From assembly GCA_038231435.1 (NCBI GenBank), contig JBBRLJ010000026.1:22565-86564 (forward strand): a stretch of 64,000 nt of DNA, read 5' to 3'. Shown here one piece after another: positions 30,310-40,191 of the stretch. Each line of letters opens with the position of its first letter. Position 1 is the stretch's first letter. Both the position numbers and the translations under genes were made by a program. The stretch is from Planctomycetota bacterium (lineage in GTDB: Bacteria; Planctomycetota; UBA11346). The notes under the pieces were generated by a model, which was not told the DNA's origin, did not search any database, and worked only from the letters and a program-made list of their open reading frames with translations.

Positions 30310-32747
30310 TTGTTCAGCGTCCCCTGGATGCGCGGGTCGTAGAAGTTCACCACGCACACCGTCTGCGCGCGCAGCCGCACCGATGGCGATAGCGTGCCGG
30401 CGTTGGCTTCGGCGACCGGACGGTCCTTGTTGCTGCCCGAGTTGGCGGGATAGCCCTTCGGATTGCCGGGGCCGCTGGGCAGCGTGCCGGATTCCACCGC
30501 GTCGCGGTTGCAGCCGAAACGGCCGAGGAACACATTCATGTTGAACTGGTCCTTGTCGCCGAACTTCGCCGGCAGCGCCGCCTGGAGGAACTGGGCGCGG
30601 ATATCTGGCGCCTGGCCGAGCACCGCCTGGTTCTCGCCGTTCGGACCTGGAGGACCGCCGAAGTTGTTGATCTCGCCGACCGTGTAGAGCAGGTCGGTGA
30701 TGCGCAGCCCGGTGCCCGGATCCACGCTGGGCTCGCGGAACAGCGAGGTGAGTTCGGGATTGCGCGTGGCGTTGGCCTGGGTCGGGCCGGCGCGCTGCAC
30801 GTTGAGCTGGCGCTGCAGCGGATTGCGTTTGCACCACGACGAGCCGTACCAGTCGGTGCCAGGGAAGAGCGTGGTCTGATCGGCGGCGGGCCCGACGATC
30901 GGATAGCGCGAGGCATCGATCAGCGCGCTCGGGCAGGTCTCGAAATCCTGGTACGACTGCCAATCGACCGCCCACACCACCAGCTGACGGCAACGTTCGC
31001 TGGCGTCGAAGGGCGCGGTCAGGTTGAAATGCCGCTTCGGCCCGAGCGCCTTCTGCACCGTGCCCGCGGCCAGCGGCACCGGCGAGTCGTTGTCGTCGAG
31101 CACGCCATCGGCGTTGGTATCGAGGGTGTGCGGCGGCGCAGCGTACGACGCGGGCTCGGTCCAGGGGGACCCTTCCCACGGGCGGTTCGCGGTGCCATCC
31201 CACGCATGGGTTCCATCGAACTTGCCATCGCGAAGATCCACCACCCCATCGCCGTCGGTGTCCTTGGCGCGACCAGGAAACGAATAGGGCAGGCCGGGGT
31301 TGACGATCGCTTCGGGGTACAGGGCCTTCCACTGCCGCTGAACGACCTGACCACCGTTGATATAGGGAAGGAAGGTGCCCGCGGCGTTCGCCGGATAGGT
31401 CGCGGTGATGGGGTCGCTCCAGCAGTCGAGCTCGATCAGCGGATGGTCCATCATCACCTGCCGGTTCAGCGAACGCGGCGCGCCCCAGTCGTACGGGCCA
31501 TTCTTGTCGGCGAAGGCGATGCCCAGGCGCAGAGCGGCCTCGTGCCAGCCGCGCACGTTGTCGATGGTGACGCCGACCGTGGTGAAGTCGGTGGCGCCGG
31601 GCATCATCGTCACCGACGGCGAGCCGCCGAGCAGGGCGCCACCGCCGGGGAATCCGGCGGGGTAATAGCGCGGCAGCGAGGCGGCGGCGTGCGCGAGATA
31701 GCGCATGCCAAGCACCTTCTTCCAATCGGCGGAACCTGAGTTGGCGAGCGCGAAGGCGGCGGCGGTCGGCTCGCTCAGGCCCTGCAACGTGGCCTGCGGG
31801 ATGCCCGCGACCTCGATGCAGTACCACATCGCGATCGCGACGTACGCCTCGTTGGCGCGCTTGGCGCGATCGAAGGCCGCCCCGGACACCCACACGAAGA
31901 AGCCGGAGAAATCAGGGGTCTGCGGCTTGTCGCCGGCATTGTGCAGGCTCAGGTCGTAGGGCTTGTAGCCGTAGTGCCAGGTGCCGGTGCCGTCGTTGTA
32001 GGTCGCGGTCGAGCACAGCACTTCCTGGATCTGCGGATCGCGGCACATCGCCTCGTAGTCCATCGCCTGCTGGAAGATGCCGCGATGATGATCGTCGCTG
32101 CCGGTCGGATCGACGAGCGCGCGCTCCTTCACGTGGCGCGGCGGCGACGGGTACCATTCCTGGTACGGCCCAACCTTGAGCGACGGGTGGTAGAGGATGG
32201 CGTTCTGCTGCGGCAGGCCGACCACGCCGATCAATAGCTTGCGGTAGAGCGGTTCCCAATGCGTCTGCGCCACCGGCTCGGGGCTGAACTGGGTGCCCAC
32301 CGCCTCGTTGGGGACGCAGTAGTACAGGCGGCCGCCGGCATCGAGCAGACGCTGGATCTCGTCGTTGTCGCTGTCGAGCCGGCGCGCGATCGGCTCGGGC
32401 AAGGGCTTCACCGTGGAGCGCATGCTCTCGAGGTAGCTCTCGAGATCCGGGGCCATCGGCTTGTAGGTGACCGGGCTGTCCCAGGGATAGATCCCCTCCT
32501 TGTCCATGTCGTAGCCGTCGTTGACGATGCCCGGCCCGGCGCCGTTGGACATCAGGTCGATGAGCTCCATCGCCTTCGCGGCGGCGAGCGCCTTGAAGCG
32601 CACCGAGGTCTGGGTGCGGATGCCTGCGGGCAGCAGCATGAAGGTCGCGACCACGGCGGTGGCGACCATCGCCATGCTGAAGGCGACCTCGATCAGGGTC
32701 AGGCCGGCGCGCCGTTCCTGGCAATTGCGATGGCGATCGGAGCGCAT
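30306..32747 (-). CDS. Very large GspI/PilV-position prepilin protein (813 aa), gene 3 of cassette
   Basis: RRAG|LTLIEVAFSMAMVATAVVATFMLLPAGI; two DxDxDG-like loops (DTDGDGVVD, DTNADGVLDD). TGATG overlap. Confidence 0.85.
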   Translation of the reverse strand: MRSDRHRNCQERRAGLTLIEVAFSMAMVATAVVATFMLLPAGIRTQTSVRFKALAAAKAMELIDLMSNGAGPGIVNDGYDMDKEGIYPWDSPVTYKPMAPDLESYLESMRSTVKPLPEPIARRLDSDNDEIQRLLDAGGRLYYCVPNEAVGTQFSPEPVAQTHWEPLYRKLLIGVVGLPQQNAILYHPSLKVGPYQEWYPSPPRHVKERALVDPTGSDDHHRGIFQQAMDYEAMCRDPQIQEVLCSTATYNDGTGTWHYGYKPYDLSLHNAGDKPQTPDFSGFFVWVSGAAFDRAKRANEAYVAIAMWYCIEVAGIPQATLQGLSEPTAAAFALANSGSADWKKVLGMRYLAHAAASLPRYYPAGFPGGGALLGGSPSVTMMPGATDFTTVGVTIDNVRGWHEAALRLGIAFADKNGPYDWGAPRSLNRQVMMDHPLIELDCWSDPITATYPANAAGTFLPYINGGQVVQRQWKALYPEAIVNPGLPYSFPGRAKDTDGDGVVDLRDGKFDGTHAWDGTANRPWEGSPWTEPASYAAPPHTLDTNADGVLDDNDSPVPLAAGTVQKALGPKRHFNLTAPFDASERCRQLVVWAVDWQSYQDFETCPSALIDASRYPIVGPAADQTTLFPGTDWYGSSWCKRNPLQRQLNVQRAGPTQANATRNPELTSLFREPSVDPGTGLRITDLLYTVGEINNFGGPPGPNGENQAVLGQAPDIRAQFLQAALPAKFGDKDQFNMNVFLGRFGCNRDAVESGTLPSGPGNPKGYPANSGSNKDRPVAEANAGTLSPSVRLRAQTVCVVNFYDPRIQGTLNK

Positions 32748-33319
32748 CAGAATTCCTGGCTCGCGACGATGCCGATCTCGTAGATCGAGATCGCGCGCTT
32801 CAGCTGGTTGTCGAGCGTACGGATGCTCAGGTGATCGGGATTGCCCAGCGGCACCGAGCCGATCGCGATCGGCTGCAGGGTCACCGGATCGTGCGGCTCG
32901 CCGGTGGCGTAGTCGTAGAACCACGCCCAGTCCCCAGCCAGAGGCGCGTTGCCGCGGTAGATGAGCAGGTTCTCATTGAGGGTGCGGCGGCGCACCTCGG
33001 TTGCGGACGATGGCGTGTTAGGATCGCCGAGCACTACCGAGACGTAGGCGCGGCCGCTCACATTGGTGCCGATGCGTACGCCGTACTCGTAGCCGTTCGC
33101 CGGCGCCTGGTTCGTCCTGGCCATGCGCGACGCGTCATTGGAGGCCTCGACCAGATCACCGACCGCCTGATTCAGGCGTGCCTTGCGCAGGTTGCCGACC
33201 AGTCCACTCACCGAGAGCCCGGACAGCGTGATCATCACGCCGAGCACCACCATCAGCTCGACCGCGGTGATGCCGACGCGTGTCCGGCAGGTGGACGGCA
33301 TGCGAGGGAGAGCGCTCAT
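32747..33319 (-). CDS. GspH/FimT-like prepilin protein, gene 2 of cassette
   Basis: RVG|ITAVELMVVLGVM; helix ARLNQAVGDL......SRMA; F.YDYATG. ATGA overlap. Confidence 0.8.
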   Translation of the reverse strand: MSALPRMPSTCRTRVGITAVELMVVLGVMITLSGLSVSGLVGNLRKARLNQAVGDLVEASNDASRMARTNQAPANGYEYGVRIGTNVSGRAYVSVVLGDPNTPSSATEVRRRTLNENLLIYRGNAPLAGDWAWFYDYATGEPHDPVTLQPIAIGSVPLGNPDHLSIRTLDNQLKRAISIYEIGIVASQEF

Positions 33320-33960
33320 TGGACGTTCTCCCAGGTGCGGATGTCGTCCTTCGCCGGATCGTCGAGCTTCTCGTCGGCGCCATCCTTGCCCGCCGACCAC
33401 ACGCCGATGCCGCCAGCCGCCTTGAGCGGATCGGCGAATGCGGTGGCGTTGGTCACCGCCACGTGCGCGGTGGGCGGCGAGCCGTAACGGACATCCTCCG
33501 AGAAGACGATGCGCAGCGGGCGGCGCCAGGCATCGACGATGCGTCCGGTGGTCTCGTCGAAGTTGCGCTTCGGGAGGGACATGCCGGTGGCTGCGTAGAG
33601 GCCCTTGTAGCCCGAGGCCACCACCGCGGCGGTGTATTGCTCGGCGGCGCTGAGCACAGTGTTCTCGAGCGCGGGGCTGCCGTCGACCAGGCCGTCGTGG
33701 TTGACGTCCCAGATGCGGTAGATGCGCTTGCCAGTGGACTCGGTGACGGTCAGGGATTGCTGGCTCGCCGAGACGATGGTGGTGACCACTGCGTGCACCA
33801 GAGTCGCGGTGCCCGAGACCCGCGAGCGCTCGCGCATCGAGGACATCACCGGAAACATCATCGCCATCATCAAGGCGATGATCGAGATCACGACGATCAT
33901 CTCCACCATGGTGAAGCCAGACGTGGTGATCCCCGAGATGGCGGGGGCTGGGCTGCGCAT
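33316..33960 (-). CDS. GspG-like prepilin protein, gene 1 of cassette
   Basis: SG|FTMVEMIVVISIIAL; IVDAWRRPL; VWSAGKDG...DDI..W. Start 33960 or 33972. Confidence 0.88.
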   Translation of the reverse strand: MRSPAPAISGITTSGFTMVEMIVVISIIALMMAMMFPVMSSMRERSRVSGTATLVHAVVTTIVSASQQSLTVTESTGKRIYRIWDVNHDGLVDGSPALENTVLSAAEQYTAAVVASGYKGLYAATGMSLPKRNFDETTGRIVDAWRRPLRIVFSEDVRYGSPPTAHVAVTNATAFADPLKAAGGIGVWSAGKDGADEKLDDPAKDDIRTWENVQ

Positions 33961-34310
33961 ACCTAAAAGCATGCATGAAAGACGGGGTTTGGAATGGATA
34001 CCGGACACCGCTCCGGACATGCGGTTCACATGCCGGGCGGCGTTCGGCCGGGCGGCCAGGCGGGCCAAGGCGTTACATTCCCCGAAGGCGATCGACGCTG
34101 GACCCGGAAGGGTTTGAACAGACCCATCGAGGACCGTTGGCAGCTGTGAAACGGCCGCGGATCCGTCACCTGGATGTGCCGACGGAACCACGCTCGGCCG
34201 TGCCGCCGATCTGCTATTAGGTAAATTATTGCGGTTTTGACCCACGGCCCGTCAGGGCTCGGGCGACGGTGGAGCTTGCTGCACGCTGCTATGGTCTACG
34301 GTCTACGGCG

Positions 34311-35339
34311 ATGGGAAAGCGCCCGATTTCGCAAGACGACCTGGCCAGACGCCTGGGCCTCACCCAGATGACGGTGTCGCTCGCGCTCAGCGGCAAGGGC
34401 CGGGTCGCGGTCGAGACCCGCGAGCGCGTCGCCGCGCTCGCCACCAAGCTCGGCTACCGGCCGAATTCCATGGCGCGGCGCGTGCACGAAGGGCGCTACC
34501 GTGGACTGGCCCTGCTCGGCAGCGCGTCGCGTCCCGCCTTCAATGTCTGGGATCAGGACTTCCACATGAGCGTCGGCGCCGCGCTCGCTGAACGCTCGTG
34601 GCACCTCACCGAAAGCTGGCTGCCGGGCGAGGGGCTCGCCGATCCCGCCACCGTCACCGGGCTGCTCGATCGCCTGCTCGCCGACGCCGTGCTGGTGCAC
34701 GACGTGGGACCGCAGCCGCCGGTGGTCGAGGCGCTGCTTGAACGCCACCGCGTGCCCGCGGTGTGGGTCAACACCGGCCGCGCTTCCGACGCGGTTGATT
34801 TCGCCGACGCCCAGGCCGGTGCCGACGCGATCGCTCACCTGCTCGCCCAGGGATATCGCCAGCCGGCGATGGTTCTCGACAGTCCTCCCGACAACGCCGG
34901 CGCGCACGTCAGCCAGGGCCTGCGCGCCGAAGGCTGGCGCCGCGGCTGCGTGGAAGCAGGCATCGCGCCGCGCTTCGTGCATCCCGAGCCGGTGGAGGCC
35001 TGGCGCATGGAGCTCACCAGCGCGCTGCGCCAGGCGCTCGCGGGGAACGACCGGCCCGATGCCATCGCGTGCTACAGCTACAAGGTGCTGTTCGTGGCGC
35101 GGCTGGTGTCGGCCGATCTCGGCCTGCGCATCGGGCGCGATCTCGGACTGATGTGCTTCGCCAAGGCAGCCGACGCGGAGATCGACCGCGCTTACACCGT
35201 GTGCGCGCAGGATTACCAGGCGATGGCGCGCGAGGCGGTGGCGATGGCGTGGCGACGGCTCGATACCGGAAAGGTCCAGCCGAAGGTGCTGATCCCCATG
35301 CCCTTGATGAAGCACGGCACCACCGATCGATCCAGCTGA
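34311..35339 (+). CDS. LacI family transcriptional regulator
   Basis: SQDDLARRLGLTQMTVSLALSG...TRERV......LGYRPN; PDAIAC; IGRDLGL. Confidence 0.92.
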   Translation: MGKRPISQDDLARRLGLTQMTVSLALSGKGRVAVETRERVAALATKLGYRPNSMARRVHEGRYRGLALLGSASRPAFNVWDQDFHMSVGAALAERSWHLTESWLPGEGLADPATVTGLLDRLLADAVLVHDVGPQPPVVEALLERHRVPAVWVNTGRASDAVDFADAQAGADAIAHLLAQGYRQPAMVLDSPPDNAGAHVSQGLRAEGWRRGCVEAGIAPRFVHPEPVEAWRMELTSALRQALAGNDRPDAIACYSYKVLFVARLVSADLGLRIGRDLGLMCFAKAADAEIDRAYTVCAQDYQAMAREAVAMAWRRLDTGKVQPKVLIPMPLMKHGTTDRSS

Positions 35340-35415
35340 GCCGCGAGCCGATGGGCGGACAACTGCTGGAATTCCCACGGGGCTCCTGTCACCCGAACTC
35401 ACGCGAGCCCGTGAC

Positions 35416-36861
35416 CTAGCCCGCGTACACCACGATGCGACGCAACACCGGCGCCGCCTGGCTCGCGAGGATGCGCACGCGAATGCGTCGCGAGTGGAAG
35501 GGCGGCAGACGCAGGATGCGCTGTGCTCCGATGGTGGTGCCGCGCGCGATCTCGGTCCAGGCGTTGCCGTATTCGGCCTCGACCACGAACGCCTCGACGC
35601 GCTGGCCGAAGCGGATCTCCTCCTCGATGCGGATGCCTCCCACCGTCGCTTCGTCGGCGAAATCGATCTGGATGGTCGCTGTCGTCGCGGCTGCCGCCCA
35701 CCAGCGCGGACCGGCTCCGCCCGGGCCAGCGGTCAGCGCCTGCGCGTCTGAGCTGCCGGGCTGATCCACGCTCACTGGCATGCCGGTGGAGAGGTCGCGC
35801 GCGGTGAAGGCGTCGACCAGGCGCTTGAAACCAGCGAGTTCGGCGACATCCGCCTCAGGGATCAGCCCGCGACGATCCGGGGTGAGGTTCAGGAGCATCG
35901 ACGCGCCGTGTCCCACCGATGCCAGCCACAGGCCGAAGAGCTGCTCGGCGGATTTCGGCCGCTCGGATGCGTGCCAGAACCAGCCCGGGCGGATGCTGAC
36001 GTCGCACTCGGCCGGGCGCCACAGCGTGCCGTCGGCATCGCCGTGCGCGAGACGCTCCAGATGGTCGACCTGTCCGGGCGCGATGCCCTCGGGCCGCTGC
36101 CGGCACCAGTTGGTGACCCCCGCGACGCCGCGCTCGTTGCCGACCCAACGGATGTCGGGACCCGCGTCGGTGAACAGCACCGCATCGGGCTGGAGACGAT
36201 GACATTCCGCCCACAGTTCCGGGAAGCGGTAATAGCTGGCGCGATCGATCGAGCGCTTCTCGCGCGCGCCTCCGTAGTACCCGTCGCCGCCGTTGGCACC
36301 GTCGAACCACACCTCGCACACGTCGCCATAGCGGGTCAGCAGCTCGGCCACCTGCCGGTGGTAGGTGGCGACATACTCGGGGCCGCCGTACGCCGCATGG
36401 TTGCGGTCCCATGGCGAGCAATAGATGCCGAAGCCCAGGTCGGCCGCGCGGCACGCCGCCGCGAGCTCGGCCGCCACGTCGCCACGGCCGTCGCGCCACG
36501 GCGAGCGCGCGACCGAGTGGGTGGTGGTCGCGGTCGGCCACAGGCAGAATCCATCGTGGTGCTTGGCGGTGAGGATGAGCGCCTTCAATCCGCCCGCCTT
36601 GGCGGCGGCGACCCACTGCCCGCAGTCGAGTGCGCTCGGCGCGAACAGCGCCGGATCCTCGTCACCAAAGCCCCACTCGCTGTCGGTGAAGGTGTTCATG
36701 GTGAAATGCACGAAGCCGTAGAGCTCGCGACCGTGCCAGGCGAGCTGGCGCGCGCTCGGCACCGGGCCATGGGCGGCCCGAGTGGCGGCGGACTCGGGCC
36801 TGGGAGCGGGCTTCTGAGGGGACATGAGTACTGGAGCCGGATTGCTGACGGTCGTAGACAT
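35416..36861 (-). CDS. Alpha-L-fucosidase (GH29) with C-terminal beta-sandwich
   Basis: FVHF, TAKHHDGFCLWPT, VWFDGANG, RWVGNE, WRPAECDVSIRPGWFWH, GTTIG. No signal peptide seen. Confidence 0.93.
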   Translation of the reverse strand: MSTTVSNPAPVLMSPQKPAPRPESAATRAAHGPVPSARQLAWHGRELYGFVHFTMNTFTDSEWGFGDEDPALFAPSALDCGQWVAAAKAGGLKALILTAKHHDGFCLWPTATTTHSVARSPWRDGRGDVAAELAAACRAADLGFGIYCSPWDRNHAAYGGPEYVATYHRQVAELLTRYGDVCEVWFDGANGGDGYYGGAREKRSIDRASYYRFPELWAECHRLQPDAVLFTDAGPDIRWVGNERGVAGVTNWCRQRPEGIAPGQVDHLERLAHGDADGTLWRPAECDVSIRPGWFWHASERPKSAEQLFGLWLASVGHGASMLLNLTPDRRGLIPEADVAELAGFKRLVDAFTARDLSTGMPVSVDQPGSSDAQALTAGPGGAGPRWWAAAATTATIQIDFADEATVGGIRIEEEIRFGQRVEAFVVEAEYGNAWTEIARGTTIGAQRILRLPPFHSRRIRVRILASQAAPVLRRIVVYAG

Positions 36862-36911
36862 GATGATTCCCTCGCTGCCGCGCAGGCTAGCGTCCGGGTG
36901 GCGGGGGAACC

Positions 36912-37811
36912 ATGGCGGCCTTGCATCTGGATGTGTCGTTTCCGCTCTTCCACGGCGGATCCACCGCAGCGGTCACCGATCGGTTGCGCCTGCGCCTGCT
37001 GCACCTCGGCGGCACCCTGGTCGACGAGGGCTGGGGCAGCGCCGACTTCGCCGCGCCCTACTGGCGCGCCTACCTGAATCTCGACGACGGCATCGAGGTC
37101 CGCGCGCGCGGCGGGCCGGCCATCCAGCTGCGCGCCGGGCATCTCTACATAATCCCGGCGTGGCTGTCGTGGGCGGGCCGCTGTCGTGGCCGGGTGCGCC
37201 ATCTCAACGCGTCGATCGAATTGCCCAACCTGCCGCGCGATCGCGTGACAGCCCGCTGCAACCGTGTCCTCCACCTCGGCGGTCCGGGTGCCGCGCTGCC
37301 GGACGACTGGCTGCGCCTGGGTATCGAACTGGCGGGGGCGGACCAGCCTGGCGCGGCCCGGATCGCTCGCGGCTACGCGCTCGCCTACGAGGCCATCGCC
37401 GCTGCGTTCGTGCAACTGGGGAAGGACGGCGACGCGATGCTCGCCGCCCCAGGCGAGGCGCTGCTCGCCGACACCGTGGCCTGGATCGAGCGCAACTTAT
37501 CGGACCACCTCGCGGCCGATCGCCTGGCCAAGGTCGCGGGTTGCAGCCGCGCCGAGCTGGTGCGGCGTTTCCGCTCAGCCTACGGAACGTCGCCGGCGCG
37601 CTGGATCCGCCAGCGGCGCATCGCGGTGGCCGCGGATGCCCTGCGCTGTACTGACGACGGCATCGACGAGATCGCCCGGCGCTGCGGCTTCAGTGACCGC
37701 AGCCGCTTCAGCAAGGTCTTCGCCTCGATGTTCGGACGCGGTCCCGCCGCGTGGCGGAAGCAGGAACGCGCGCGCTACGGACAGGTCATGGGCGGCGCCC
37801 CCAAACCCTGA
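36912..37811 (+). CDS. AraC family transcriptional regulator
   Basis: Cupin N-terminus; LAKVAGCSRAELVRRF...GTSP; IARRCGFSDRSRFSKVF. Confidence 0.92.
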   Translation: MAALHLDVSFPLFHGGSTAAVTDRLRLRLLHLGGTLVDEGWGSADFAAPYWRAYLNLDDGIEVRARGGPAIQLRAGHLYIIPAWLSWAGRCRGRVRHLNASIELPNLPRDRVTARCNRVLHLGGPGAALPDDWLRLGIELAGADQPGAARIARGYALAYEAIAAAFVQLGKDGDAMLAAPGEALLADTVAWIERNLSDHLAADRLAKVAGCSRAELVRRFRSAYGTSPARWIRQRRIAVAADALRCTDDGIDEIARRCGFSDRSRFSKVFASMFGRGPAAWRKQERARYGQVMGGAPKP

Positions 37812-37880
37812 TAGCGCGATAACAGCAGCGCGATCACTGCGCAAAACTCTGCACGATGGCAGCGATGCCGACAACGCGCT

Positions 37881-38456
37881 TCAGGGCGGTGATTCTTGGG
37901 ACAGCCACCACAGCCCTGCGTAGACCTTGTGGTCGATCAGCATCCCCTCGCGCGAGCGCTCCTCGAGCCACGCCACGATGCCGGCGAGCGGAACCCGATG
38001 CACGGTGATGTCCTCGCCGGCGACCCCACCTCCGGCACCCATCTGCACGAGACCGCGCGCGCGGATCAGCGTGGTCACCTCGCTGGTCAGCCCGGCCGAT
38101 GACGGACCGCGCGCGAGCTGGCGCAGGTCCTTGGAGGTCCAGCCGGTTTCCTCCTCGAGCTCGCGGGCGGCGGCGACGAGCAGGTCCTCGTTGGCCTGCT
38201 CGTCGCCGACCAGGCCTGCGGGCAGCTCGATGACGCGGGCGTCCACGGGGATGCGCCGCTGCTCGACCAGCAGCAGCTCGCGCGCCGGTGTCACCGCGAT
38301 CACGCCGACCACCGCGGTGGCGTTCTTGCGCCGGACGAACTCCCAGTGGTCGCGGCGCACCACCTCGATGAACTTCCCCGCATGCAGCACGGTAGGCGGA
38401 TCTGTCTGGGGATCTGTCTGGGGATCTGTCTTGCGATCGGTCCTACGAACGGTCAT
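37881..38456 (-). CDS. Nudix hydrolase (ADP-ribose pyrophosphatase-like)
   Basis: LVEQRRIP...IELPAGLV...AAARELEEETG; SAG.TSE. ATGA overlap with nadR. Confidence 0.9.
   Translation of the reverse strand: MTVRRTDRKTDPQTDPQTDPPTVLHAGKFIEVVRRDHWEFVRRKNATAVVGVIAVTPARELLLVEQRRIPVDARVIELPAGLVGDEQANEDLLVAAARELEEETGWTSKDLRQLARGPSSAGLTSEVTTLIRARGLVQMGAGGGVAGEDITVHRVPLAGIVAWLEERSREGMLIDHKVYAGLWWLSQESPP
38398..38433. repeat. 12-bp tandem repeat x3 in Nudix 5' end
   Basis: GGATCTGTCTGG x2 + GGATCTGTCTTG, encoding TDPQTDPQTDP. Confidence 0.8.
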
Positions 38457-39508
38457 GGCCTCTCTCCTTCCGACAACTCGTCGGCAATGCGTCGTTGGGC
38501 GGCGACCGGCTCCGCGCCCGCGAGCGGGCCGAGCAGGGGATCGATGGCCGCCACTGCCGCCTGGTAACGTTGCTCGCGATCCCCGCGGATCACCACGTAC
38601 CGCCTGCCGTGCGCCTCAAGCGCCCCGCGGCAGCGCTCCATGAACTCCTGGCGGCGGTGCGGCATGTCGCGCTGCCGGTCATCGACCCACGGCACGTCGA
38701 TATCGCAGAGCAGGTAGAGATCGTGCGTCCGCTTGCGCGCGAGATCCACGAGCCAGGGCGGCGTACGCCCGAAGTAGACGTCGCTCCAGATGGTGGTGGT
38801 CAGGGTGTCGGTGTCGCAGATCAGCACCCGGTTCGCCTGACGCGCGAGCGCGTCTTCGCTCGCTGCCTGGCCGAGCCCGATGAGCTCGATGTCGCGCTCG
38901 ACGCAGGCGCCGCCGTTCGGATCGAGGTGCCCACGCGCCCATTCCGGCACCCACACCGTGCGGAAGTGCGCGGCGAGTCGCGCGGCCAGGGTGGTCTTGC
39001 CGGTGGATTCGGGGCCGAAGCACACCACGCGCCGGCAGTACCACGGCCGCACCACGTCGGGGAGATGCGCCCAGTGGGCGTAGGGATCCGCGCGCATCGC
39101 CGTGCCCGACACCGGCACGCCGTGGCGCTGCGCATCGGCGACCACGTGCACGGCGCCGACGCGGCGCGCGAGCTCGGGGCCGTAGGCCTCGCTGGTGAAC
39201 ACCGCGTCGATCCCACCTGGCACCACGCGGCGGATGACCTCGAGCCAGATCGCCCAGAACTCCGGATGCGCCTCGGGTGCATCGGGCAGGTCGTCGGGGA
39301 TGTGCACCACGTCGCACCCCGGCAGCATCGCGCGCATCCAGGCGTGGCGGCAGTGGCCGGGCAGCTCCTGGCCGGGCTTGCTGCACACCAGCACGCTCAC
39401 GCGCCGGCAGCAGCCCGCGGCGAACTCGGCGAGATAGCGGTGCCCCTGGGTCGGGGGCATGAACTTGCCGAGGATCATGCCACGGCCGAAGAGCGGCGGG
39501 CTGGTCAC
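38453..39508 (-). CDS. nadR: NadR-type NMN adenylyltransferase / nicotinamide riboside kinase (no HTH)
   Basis: GKFMPPTQGH, FTSEAYG, VSGT..R; P-loop GPESTGKTTL; PEWAR; CDTD; DVPWVDD. GTGA overlap with pnuC. Confidence 0.9.
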   Translation of the reverse strand: MTSPPLFGRGMILGKFMPPTQGHRYLAEFAAGCCRRVSVLVCSKPGQELPGHCRHAWMRAMLPGCDVVHIPDDLPDAPEAHPEFWAIWLEVIRRVVPGGIDAVFTSEAYGPELARRVGAVHVVADAQRHGVPVSGTAMRADPYAHWAHLPDVVRPWYCRRVVCFGPESTGKTTLAARLAAHFRTVWVPEWARGHLDPNGGACVERDIELIGLGQAASEDALARQANRVLICDTDTLTTTIWSDVYFGRTPPWLVDLARKRTHDLYLLCDIDVPWVDDRQRDMPHRRQEFMERCRGALEAHGRRYVVIRGDREQRYQAAVAAIDPLLGPLAGAEPVAAQRRIADELSEGERP

Positions 39509-40191
39509 TGGCCCCCCGCTACCGGGGAGCCGACGGATACTCGGGCAGATGCTGGAGCTGATGCGCGGCTCTGCCACGAGTCCCGCCAGGTCTTCCGCCA
39601 TGCGACCAACCCATAGACGCACAACGCCAGGAACACCGCGTACAGGCCAGCGGTCAGGTAGAAGCCCTTGCCCGCGAACAGCGGGATCGAGATGCAGTCG
39701 ACCTGGATCCACACGTACCAGTTCTCGAGCTTCTTCTTCGAGATCATCCACTGCGCGATCAGGCTGAGCACCGTGGGGATGGCGTCGCACCAGGGCGTGG
39801 TGGAATCGGTCCAGCGCGCGAGGCCGAATGCGATCGGCACCACCGCCACTGCGGCGATCGCCGCCAGCACCGACCACGTCCGCATCGAGGTGCGGCTGAT
39901 GACCACGCCCCTGTGCTGGTCACCGCCGCGCACCCATTGCCACCAGCCATAGATCTGCAGCACCACGTACACCACCTGCAGCGCGGTCTCGGCGTAGAGC
40001 TTGCCGTGCCAGAACAGCGCGATGTACAGCGCGACGTTGACCAGCCCCGTGGGCCAGCTCCACACGTGCTCCTTCACGTAGAACCACACCGAGAGCAGGC
40101 CGAACACCGTCGCCGCCACCTCGAGCGGGCTCATCGGCACCGTCGCGGCGATGTTGGTCAGCATCCAAGCCGAGAATTCCGCGCCGGTCAT
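39505..40191 (-). CDS. pnuC: Nicotinamide riboside transporter PnuC
   Basis: Multi-TM; WSWPTG, YGWWQW, P..DA, SLIAQW...KK.ENW..WI.VD. Confidence 0.93.
   Translation of the reverse strand: MTGAEFSAWMLTNIAATVPMSPLEVAATVFGLLSVWFYVKEHVWSWPTGLVNVALYIALFWHGKLYAETALQVVYVVLQIYGWWQWVRGGDQHRGVVISRTSMRTWSVLAAIAAVAVVPIAFGLARWTDSTTPWCDAIPTVLSLIAQWMISKKKLENWYVWIQVDCISIPLFAGKGFYLTAGLYAVFLALCVYGLVAWRKTWRDSWQSRASAPASARVSVGSPVAGGQ

Noticed and set aside
30310..31893. 1008-aa ORF and similar long N-terminal extensions (584, 509, 872, 409 aa) in the pilin cassette
   Set aside because: These are off-frame open stretches in GC-rich DNA. The real starts are marked by prepilin leaders and stop/start overlaps.
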